A stretch of DNA of 64,000 nt, taken from contig JAUYHB010000024.1 in assembly GCA_030690305.1 (NCBI GenBank), positions 260-64,259 of the forward strand, read 5' to 3'. The notes under the pieces were generated by a model that ran no database searches, was not told the DNA's origin, and saw only the letters and a list, made by a program, of their open reading frames with translations. This DNA is from a bacterium (GTDB lineage Bacteria; Patescibacteriota; Minisyncoccia; Phycocordibacterales; JAGLPS01). Shown here piece by piece: positions 57,101-64,000 of the stretch. How positions within the stretch are numbered: position 1 is the first letter of the stretch; each line of letters begins with the position of its first letter. Both the position numbers and the translations under genes were made by a program.

Positions 57101-57505
57101 GTGAGACAGTTCGGAAAAAATAGTCTCAAGAATTTCAAGTTGGGTGACGGTGTCGGCAGGACGAAAATTCGCTCCGTCATAAAAATATTCTGGGAAACGT
57201 TCTATGACATCAACGCTAAAACTATGGAACGTATAGATTCCTACCCGATATGCTTCACCTCCAATAAGACCTTGGAGTCTTTGGCGCATCGTTGACGCGG
57301 CGGAATCCGTAAAAGTAAGGCACAGAATATTCGATGGTGAGGTGTCCGTTTTATGAAGAATATTTGCTATTCTAAGGCTTAAAATCTCGGTTTTTCCGCT
57401 TCCCGGACCCGCGAGAACCAGAACCGGCCCTTCAATCGCATCAACCGCCTGTTTTTGCCTTTCATCAAGGGCTTTGTATCTTTTTTGGAATTCGGAATCC
57501 GTCAT
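54161..57505 (-). CDS. UvrD/PcrA-family helicase with C-terminal PD-(D/E)XK nuclease
   Basis: AGPGSGKT, VDEFQD, GDDDQAIY, HKAKGLEF and VAITRA motifs; GKID...DWKTG nuclease motif. Confidence 0.9.
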   Translation of the reverse strand: MTDSEFQKRYKALDERQKQAVDAIEGPVLVLAGPGSGKTEILSLRIANILHKTDTSPSNILCLTFTDSAASTMRQRLQGLIGGEAYRVGIYTFHSFSVDVIERFPEYFYDGANFRPADTVTQLEILETIFSELSHDDPLRKTHPEQGYVYLKDVHTAIGQLKKAGLSPADFRSLLKRNEKELTSLSKILSPAFSKRMHKKEIRSLEKICAHIKKNIDLKTPVRPVSFFLFEALSLAINDAKETGSTKSLTAWKEKWFSKDEKGNPALKDSLSLPKLFSLASIYEAYESKMHTQGFYDFDDMLLQVIALLKGKTSVRLDFQERYHYVLVDEFQDTNDAQMSLLEVLTNHPVNEGRPNLMVVGDDDQAIYKFQGAEVGNILTFKERYIKPKIVTLASNYRSTKDVVDLALHVAKKGENRLEHRFPEIKKTLISVGKEKKGDVVFRNFIRSDDEYAFVADEIERLIKNGTAPSSIAVIGRKHQFLEKIVPYLYRKKIAVNYERQQNVLRDKHIVEIIGIARFLVTLGRKDREEADNLLPEILSYPFWGIERRAIWEISLEASRTRKPWLAIMEKSKNRRIKILASFLVSLSIRSLNEPLEYILDDIIGTHVSLEMLSENETAALPSKRVFVSPFKEYYFGKTKFNTARAEYLVFLSALRVFVQALREYKQGRMLRIDDLIDFVDTHEKNEIILADEGAFLTGRPAVSLLTAHKAKGLEFPVVFVLHCQNEVWTGRGTISKISFPANLPIAPGNDTKDDHMRLFFVAITRAKHTLYLSCHAVGENGRAMSKLSFLVSDKTHLNKKISDILSAQFSVNPEAGRGEKDVVPITLPFYAPPFVSDEKALLLPLLDDYKMSVTHLNNYLNVIHGGPQLFLEQNLLRFPRAKSASASFGSAVHKALELSHRALKKTGTLPTRTRALGFFETSLQEERLSQADYARELKRGIKSLTAFYESQKKNWSAEQLVEVNFSRQNVVISGVPLSGKIDKLEKLAHGRMKVYDWKTGAPCFSWKASGVYDKVKLHQYAEQLIFYKILLEHSKDFSDFEVTEGILQFIEPKGGKLASLSLSLSEKETSRMVALIVAVYKKILALEFPSVEKYEKNLSGIIAFEDDILKGNI

Positions 57506-57588
57506 GTCAAGGCTGATTATACCATTGCATAATGGTATACTCCGAAGTGAATCCCAGAGTTATTTGAAAACGCGGAAAGGAGGCATAT

Positions 57589-58017
57589 ATGCGCGTGAAA
57601 ATTGATGTTGAAGAAATGTCAAAAGCAACATGCATACCTGCCGAGACAATCAGGCGGGCACTGACCCTGAGAAGACCGACATTGGAAATAGGGGAAAAGC
57701 GGTATCCTGAATCTTTATTTGATTATATGGTTATCGCTTTTGAAAAGTCACCTTCCCCAAATTCTCTTCGGAAGATAATTTGTCAGTACTTTCTTGCAGT
57801 TAAATTTCAGCGGAAATACCCGACCCAAGCGGAGTTTAAAATGATGGAAAGATTTTTCGAAACAGTAGTTAAAGACGAAAATCCTTCCGAAGCGTTGCGT
57901 ATATGGAAACGCATGCCAATGAGATTCCGAAACGGGGTACATGAGATTTTTATCGCGTATTTCTATTCCCAACGCAATAAATTTGTACGCGAGCATGCAT
58001 ATCGTTTTCGCAAATGA
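57589..58017 (+). CDS. Hypothetical protein (cassette type)
   Basis: TG-n-TATACT, SD AAAGGAGG. Confidence 0.65.
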   Translation: MRVKIDVEEMSKATCIPAETIRRALTLRRPTLEIGEKRYPESLFDYMVIAFEKSPSPNSLRKIICQYFLAVKFQRKYPTQAEFKMMERFFETVVKDENPSEALRIWKRMPMRFRNGVHEIFIAYFYSQRNKFVREHAYRFRK

Positions 58018-58129
58018 AAACTGTTCGCAATCTCTTTTTCAAAGTACGGATATTTTCTTACTAGAAAATTCCTCGAGTTCGCGCCAGTCGCGCTCACTAG
58101 TCTCTGAAAAAAAGATTGTTCACTTCAAC
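58018..58129 (-). repeat. Structured dispersed repeat, family B copy 2
   Basis: Reverse complement aligns with 12737-12847. Confidence 0.88.
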
Positions 58130-58192
58130 GACCCGAGGGGAAAGGGGTCTGAAGAAAAAAGCCCTTCGCATAAAGCGAAGGGCTTTTCTTTT

Positions 58193-59398
58193 TTAATGAT
58201 AGTTGCGCAGACGGTTAATCTTTTTATGCTGACGCATCTTTTCGTGCGCTTTTGCCTCAATCTGACGGATACGCTCTCGGGTTACCCCGAACTCTTTTCC
58301 GACTTCTTCAAGAGTGTGCGTTACCCCATCGACAAGACCATGACGCATTTCAAGAATTTTTCTTTCTTTCGGCGGAAGACTGTCGAGAATTTCTTTGACT
58401 TGGTCGGCAACGATACGACGAGAAGTGTCTTCTTCGGGTGAAAGGATTTTGTCGTCGGGAACAAAGTCCCCGAGTACCGATTTTCCGTCGTCTCCGTCAT
58501 CCCCCACCGGACTTTCAAGCGACACCGTATTTTGGTCGATTTTTTCTATTTGGTAAATTTTTTCGACTTCCATATTCATTTCTGTGGCAATTTCCTCCGG
58601 TAACGGGTCACGGCCAAGGTCCTGGGAAAGACGACGCACCACCTGTTTGTATTTCGCAATTGTTTCAACCATATGCACCGGCACACGGATGGTGCGGGAC
58701 TGGTCGGCCAACGCACGCGTGATTGCCTGTCTGATCCACCATGTCGCGTAAGTTGAGAACTTAAAACCTTTTGTCCAGTCAAACTTATCTACCGCTTTGA
58801 AAAGGCCCAGGTTCCCTTCTTGAATAAGGTCGAGAAGCGTGAGGTCCGGACTGCGACCAACATATTTTTTGGCGATTGAAACAACAAGACGAAGGTTTGA
58901 CCGGGCAAGGAGATTTTTTGCTTCATCATCTCCGGCGAGAATTCGTTTCGCAAGTTCCTTTTCTTGTGCCCCGTTAATCAAAGGATATTGTCCGATTTCC
59001 TTAAGATACATCTGAATCGAATCGTATGATTCTCCAGAAGTCGAGTCGTCTTTATATCCGAGCTTTTTGAGAGCAACATCGTCATCGATTGGGGTATCCA
59101 AAAGATTGCCTCCTTCCAAAACGTCAATGCCCCTGGTGGTCAAACGTTCATACAGTTCATCAAGAAAGGAAACGTTGTCTTCAATAGTCGGGAACTCTTT
59201 GAGGATTTCGTCATATGTTACAAAACCCCGCTGTTTCCCTTTCCCAAGCAAAATTTCCACCTTCATTTCAAAGTTTTCCTTTTTTGTCCCCTTATGCTCG
59301 GTGACAGCCGCTTTCTTTACGGGTTTTTTTGTCGGGCGTTTCTTTTGGTGGGAGCGGGATTTTCCGGCTTGTTTTTTTGTTTTCTTTTTCTTAATCAT
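58193..59398 (-). CDS. rpoD: Primary sigma factor RpoD/SigA
   Basis: [38 protein letters not shown] and [10 protein letters not shown] motifs. Confidence 0.95.
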   Translation of the reverse strand: MIKKKKTKKQAGKSRSHQKKRPTKKPVKKAAVTEHKGTKKENFEMKVEILLGKGKQRGFVTYDEILKEFPTIEDNVSFLDELYERLTTRGIDVLEGGNLLDTPIDDDVALKKLGYKDDSTSGESYDSIQMYLKEIGQYPLINGAQEKELAKRILAGDDEAKNLLARSNLRLVVSIAKKYVGRSPDLTLLDLIQEGNLGLFKAVDKFDWTKGFKFSTYATWWIRQAITRALADQSRTIRVPVHMVETIAKYKQVVRRLSQDLGRDPLPEEIATEMNMEVEKIYQIEKIDQNTVSLESPVGDDGDDGKSVLGDFVPDDKILSPEEDTSRRIVADQVKEILDSLPPKERKILEMRHGLVDGVTHTLEEVGKEFGVTRERIRQIEAKAHEKMRQHKKINRLRNYH

Positions 59399-59447
59399 GT
59401 AAATAAACGTGATAGATAATAAAATAAAGAACCTACGGGCGTACGGG

Positions 59448-61148
59448 TCATGTGATCCCCGAGAGCCGGTCGATTTTTTGATTAATATCGGCCTGTTTTT
59501 TCAAAAGATTACCGAGTAGAGTTTCATTTTTATCTTCTTCGGCAATTTTTATTTCCTGTTGTATGATATTCGCCTCTTCCCGCAAAAGCGTCCGTGCGTA
59601 GTTTTCCGCGACTTCCCGCACCTTTTTTTCGGTAACCGGCCGTTGTCCGTACAATTCGGTAACGTGAATGGTGAAAATTTCTTTCATTCCTTCGGTTCCG
59701 TGCAAAAGGGTGTCAACTGCTTCTTTCCCGAGATACTCTTCAACAATTGCGGTAATACGATCCGCAGAGACGGCAGGTTCAGGAAGGCCGCTTTGCCAAT
59801 ATACTATTCCCACCAATTCGTCACGTGGAGAAAGGCGCGGTTGGTACGGGGTAGATGTCGTGTTCTTTTCCGTGGTTTTGCCTGCCGCCGTTTTCCCGAG
59901 GTCCTGCCACAATGCCTCTTCTCGAATATTTGTTTTGTTGGAAATATTTTTCACAAAATGCGCTTGCTCAATGGAACTCGAAAGACCCCGCACATAGGGC
60001 AACACTTTTTCCTTGATGTTCTTGCCAAGAGAACGTGTGTTGCCTTTGTTTTCGGAAATCACTTTATCAAGATAAAAGTCAATAAGATGTTTGGAAGATT
60101 TTATGATTTCCTTCCAGTCTTCCGTGTTCTCCCCTAACACATCGGCAGGATCTTTTCCTTGGGGGCATGTGGCAACCTTTACTTCCATCCCGAGCGGAAG
60201 GGCGATATCGGCGGCGCGTAATGAAGCATTGCGTCCTGCCTCGTCCGAGTCATATGCCATAACCACGCGGTTTGAAATCTTCTTTAGCATGGTGAGATGC
60301 CCTTCGGTAAGCGCCGTTCCCGATGACGCGACGGTATGGGTAAAACCACCCTGATGGGACAATACGATATCCATTTGCCCTTCAACCAAAATCGCATAAT
60401 CATGTTTCCGTATCGCCGTTTTCGCGCGGTGAAGTCCGTACAGAGCCTGCGATTTGTTGAAAAACACCGTATCCGGGCTGTTGAGGTATTTGGGAGCATC
60501 GGGGGTGTCGTGCAAGATTCTTCCCGAAAACGCTATGATACGGCCCACCGTGTCAAAAATCGGGAAAATAATTCGGTCGCGGAATGTGTCGTACGGATTG
60601 CCCTCTTCCCCCTTTTTAAGCAGCCCCACCTTTTCCATATCAACCTTATTGAATCCCTGCGAAATCATGGCTTCGTATAACGCCCGCCATTCATTGGGTG
60701 CGTATCCGATCCGCCACGTGGCAATTGTTTGAGAAAGCAATTTTCTTTTAAGAAGATAGTCCGTCGCCTCTTTGTTTTTCTTTAGATTTTCTTCAAAAAA
60801 TTGCGTGGCCTTTTCGAGCAAGTCGTAGAGACGGTCGCGTTCTTCCTGTTTTTCTTTCGGCTCAAAAACAAGTTGCACGCCCGCTTTGTCGGCAAGCATT
60901 TTAAGCGCACCCTGAAAATCAACTCCTTCAACTTCTTGGATGAAAGAGAACATGTCGCCTCCTTTTCCCGAAGAAAAACAGTAGTAGAGTCCCTTCTCCG
61001 AGGACACGAAAAAAGAAGGAGTTTTTTCGTTGGTGAAAGGTGACAGACCTTTGTAGTGCTTACCTGCCTTCGTCAGTTTTACATAGGACCCTATAACATC
61101 AACGATATCGAGTTTTTCTTTTATTGTGGAAACGTTTGAAGAAGACAT
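59448..61148 (-). CDS. dnaG: DNA primase
   Basis: CHC2-like domain with variant ligands ([11 protein letters not shown]...CFSS); KYLNSP, VEGQMD, YDSDEAG and KDPAD motifs. Confidence 0.95.
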   Translation of the reverse strand: MSSSNVSTIKEKLDIVDVIGSYVKLTKAGKHYKGLSPFTNEKTPSFFVSSEKGLYYCFSSGKGGDMFSFIQEVEGVDFQGALKMLADKAGVQLVFEPKEKQEERDRLYDLLEKATQFFEENLKKNKEATDYLLKRKLLSQTIATWRIGYAPNEWRALYEAMISQGFNKVDMEKVGLLKKGEEGNPYDTFRDRIIFPIFDTVGRIIAFSGRILHDTPDAPKYLNSPDTVFFNKSQALYGLHRAKTAIRKHDYAILVEGQMDIVLSHQGGFTHTVASSGTALTEGHLTMLKKISNRVVMAYDSDEAGRNASLRAADIALPLGMEVKVATCPQGKDPADVLGENTEDWKEIIKSSKHLIDFYLDKVISENKGNTRSLGKNIKEKVLPYVRGLSSSIEQAHFVKNISNKTNIREEALWQDLGKTAAGKTTEKNTTSTPYQPRLSPRDELVGIVYWQSGLPEPAVSADRITAIVEEYLGKEAVDTLLHGTEGMKEIFTIHVTELYGQRPVTEKKVREVAENYARTLLREEANIIQQEIKIAEEDKNETLLGNLLKKQADINQKIDRLSGIT

Positions 61149-61207
61149 TAGATAGAGTTTTACTGGGGTTCAACTTCTGGCGCCCTGCGGCTTCCCCGCA
61201 GGGTTCT

Positions 61208-64000
61208 TTATGCTTCGCCTTCCTCTTCTGTCGTATTTTCGTACTGCCTTTGAAGCTTGTCGATTAATTCTTTTTTGGGACTTCCTTCATAACTGGTACC
61301 GGCGGGGATGAGACGCCCGATAATGACATTTTCCATGAGGCCGGAAAGGTGGTCTTCCTTACCGCGTATGGAAGCGTCTATAAGGACGCGGGTCGTGTGC
61401 TGGAATGAAGCGGCTGAAAGGAAGCTTTTCTTTGAAAGAGATACTTCGGTGATACCCATGATGACGGATTCGGTTTTCGCTTCCTCCCCGCCTCTTTCTT
61501 TGGCGGCAGCATTTTCTTTGGCAAGCGTTACATCATCTACCACGTCACCGACCGTAAGGGGCGTATCGCCCTGGTCTTTGATGCGGCGACGGGAAAACAT
61601 CTGCTTCATGATAACTTCAATGTGTTTTCGCGATACCGTTTCTCCCTGCAATTCATACGGCTTCGTGATTTCTTTGATGATGTATTCTTGAGTTTTTTCC
61701 TTGCCTGCGAAACGGAACAATTCGTCGAGGTCGGCCGAACCGTCGGTAAGCATTTCTCCCTTGAGAACCTTGTCGCCCACTTTGACAAGAATCATGCGAG
61801 CCCGGCTGACGACATACTCAACCGAATCTTTCGATTTTCCTTTACTTCCTCCTTCCGGCAACATGGTAATGACCATGTCTTTGGCGGACGGCTGAATGTC
61901 GGAAATGACACCGTCAACATGACTTATGACAGCGGGGTTTTTGGGTCTCCGTTTTTCAAACACTTCTTCGACACGAGGAAGACCTGCGGTAATGTCACCG
62001 CCGACTGAAGCTGTGCCTCCGGCATGGAACGTTCTCATTGTCAGCTGCGTACCGGGTTCACCGATAGCTTGGGCCGCGACAGTTCCAACCGCTTCCCCGA
62101 TGTTAATCATTTTATTATTTCCAAGGTCGGCACCATAACATTTCACGCATACACCGAGACTTGATTTACAGGTCAAAGACGAACGCACGCGAACGGCGGA
62201 AATTCCCGCGGCTTCAATTTTTTGCGCTTCTTCTTTTGTGAGGTAGTGGTTGCGTTCGAAAATCATTTTTCCCTTATCATCCTTCACGTCTTCAGCCAAG
62301 AACCGTCCTTTGATTTTTGAGACGATGGAAAGGTCGATACCCGAAGCCGTTTCTTTTTTGATGATGATTCCTTCTTTGGTACCGCAATCTTCTTCGGAAA
62401 CAACAACGTCTTGGGCAACGACAAACAATTTTCTTGTAAGATATCCGGCTTTGGCGGTGTTGAGCGCGGTATCGGTCAAGCCTTTACGGGAACCGTGCGT
62501 GGTAATGAAGTACTCGATTGAAGTCAGACCTTCCTTGATTGAGGATATGATTGGAAAGTCGATGGTTTCTCCGGCGGTATTTTGGATAAGACCCTTCATG
62601 CCGGCCATCTGAGTGAGGTTTCCGAGAGAACCGCGGGCACCCGACTTCAACATGTCGTAGACGGGACCGTTTTTCTCCAATGTATCCGGAATAAGAGCCT
62701 CAACTTCGTTTTTAGCGGCATGCCATATTTCAATGTTTTTTCTGAAACGTTCTTCGCCTGAAATAAGTCCCGCGTTGTATTGCTCAAGCACCGTTTGGGT
62801 TTTCTTTTCCGCTTCTTCAATGATACGAGATTTTCCAGCGGGAACTTTGACATCTTCCAATCCCCATGTAATACCGGCAACGGTTGTGTATTTGAATCCG
62901 AATCGCTTGATTTTGTCCATTATTTTAGGCACGTTTTCAATACCGTATCGTTCAATAAGGTCATCAACAAGCGCGGACATTTTCTTTCTCTCGATTTCTT
63001 CGTTTAAGAAGGGGTAGTCGGACGGCAACACGCTGTTGAAAAGCAGACGTCCTACCGTTGTTTCAAATAATTTTCCCTGAAACGGAGTGTATTTCGGTTT
63101 ATCCGTCGGAAGTACCTTGATGGGCGCGCGGAAATCCAATTCTCCGAATTCGTATGCCGTGATGGCGCTGTTGGGACTCGAGAAGAATTTGTTTTCTCCC
63201 TTTGAGCCCGGAACGATTTTTGTCATCCAGTAACAGCCCAAAACGATATCAAGCATCTTTGCACTGATAATCGGATTGCCGCTTCCCGGTTTTAGAATGT
63301 TTTTGTCCGCGGCCATAATCATCTTCGCCTCAAGCTGAGCTTCTTCCGATAATGGAACGTGAACAGCCATCTGGTCACCGTCGAAGTCCGCGTTAAACGC
63401 GGTACAGACAAGCGGGTGAATTTGAATGGCGTTTCCTTCAATAAGAACGGGTCTGAATGCCTGGATAGAAAGGCGATGCAAGGTCGGAGCGCGGTTTAAG
63501 AGTACGTATTTGCCTTTGATAACATCTTCAAGAATTGCCCAGACTTCGGGAATTCCCTCTTCTATAAGACGGCTCGCGCCGCGGATGTTAAAGGCAAGTT
63601 CCTGTTTCAAAAGTTCGGAAATAACGAATGGTTTGAAGAGTTCAAGAGCCATGTGCTTCGGCAATCCGCATTCATCCATCGCAAGGTCCGGACCGATAAC
63701 GATAACGGAACGTCCCGAATAGTCGACGCGTTTTCCAAGCAAGTTCTGGCGGAACAAGCCGCGCTTCCCTTTCAGGTTATCGGCAAGAGACTTAAGCGGG
63801 CGGCGTTGGGACTGGTTAATGGCCGAAGTTAGGTTGTTCCCGTGGCGAATCGTGTTATCGATAAGCGCATCAACGGCTTCCTGTAAAATTCTTTTTTCGT
63901 TTCGCAAAATAACGTCGGGAGCGTTGATTTCCTTCAATTTCTTTAGACGATTGTTTCTGTTGATGACGCGCCGGTACAGGTCGTTAACGTCGGAGGTCGC
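61208..64000 (-). CDS. rpoC: RNA polymerase beta' subunit, 5' partial
   Basis: [17 protein letters not shown] and [11 protein letters not shown] motifs; frame stays open to the window edge. Confidence 0.97.
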   Translation of the reverse strand, partial: ATSDVNDLYRRVINRNNRLKKLKEINAPDVILRNEKRILQEAVDALIDNTIRHGNNLTSAINQSQRRPLKSLADNLKGKRGLFRQNLLGKRVDYSGRSVIVIGPDLAMDECGLPKHMALELFKPFVISELLKQELAFNIRGASRLIEEGIPEVWAILEDVIKGKYVLLNRAPTLHRLSIQAFRPVLIEGNAIQIHPLVCTAFNADFDGDQMAVHVPLSEEAQLEAKMIMAADKNILKPGSGNPIISAKMLDIVLGCYWMTKIVPGSKGENKFFSSPNSAITAYEFGELDFRAPIKVLPTDKPKYTPFQGKLFETTVGRLLFNSVLPSDYPFLNEEIERKKMSALVDDLIERYGIENVPKIMDKIKRFGFKYTTVAGITWGLEDVKVPAGKSRIIEEAEKKTQTVLEQYNAGLISGEERFRKNIEIWHAAKNEVEALIPDTLEKNGPVYDMLKSGARGSLGNLTQMAGMKGLIQNTAGETIDFPIISSIKEGLTSIEYFITTHGSRKGLTDTALNTAKAGYLTRKLFVVAQDVVVSEEDCGTKEGIIIKKETASGIDLSIVSKIKGRFLAEDVKDDKGKMIFERNHYLTKEEAQKIEAAGISAVRVRSSLTCKSSLGVCVKCYGADLGNNKMINIGEAVGTVAAQAIGEPGTQLTMRTFHAGGTASVGGDITAGLPRVEEVFEKRRPKNPAVISHVDGVISDIQPSAKDMVITMLPEGGSKGKSKDSVEYVVSRARMILVKVGDKVLKGEMLTDGSADLDELFRFAGKEKTQEYIIKEITKPYELQGETVSRKHIEVIMKQMFSRRRIKDQGDTPLTVGDVVDDVTLAKENAAAKERGGEEAKTESVIMGITEVSLSKKSFLSAASFQHTTRVLIDASIRGKEDHLSGLMENVIIGRLIPAGTSYEGSPKKELIDKLQRQYENTTEEEGEA

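Noticed and set aside
1-64000. Alternative genetic code (TGA as Gly/Trp) or prophage
   Set aside because: Core genes are full length in the standard code, several genes end in TGA, and no phage structural genes are seen.

Overview
A 64-kb chromosomal segment from a small-genome bacterium. It reads in the standard genetic code, and its gene content and style fit Patescibacteria/CPR, probably Parcubacteria (inference). Positions 1-5.2 kb are the end of an integrative element: a type III restriction-modification locus, two unknown ORFs and a large serine recombinase whose last codons are the antisense of the tRNA-Glu it abuts. The rest is mostly housekeeping: mraZ-rsmH-ftsL-ftsI-murF, lysS, greA, mreB-mreC-PBP2, proS, rseP, frr, a second mreB, murA, a degenerate priA, def/fmt, hpf, rpmG, eno, truB-like, hisS, uppP, a UvrD-nuclease, rpoD, dnaG and partial rpoC. 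There is also an 8-gene copper/thiol-redox operon (29.1-35.5 kb). The most unusual signals are non-coding or tiny. (1) The tRNA-Asn gene is flanked by duplicated tRNA fragments, each attached to a structured mini-element. (2) A dispersed superfamily of ~110-bp covarying structured elements shares modules with those units; four copies sit 9-10 nt from a stop codon, folding on the antisense strand. (3) A Cys-containing leader ORF plus an attenuator-like spacer heads the copper operon. (4) Many self-contained ORFan cassettes (promoter, boxA-like leader, strong SD, terminator) contrast with apparently leaderless core genes. (5) Several micro-proteins are missing from the ORF track. All calls are by eye; no database searches were run.
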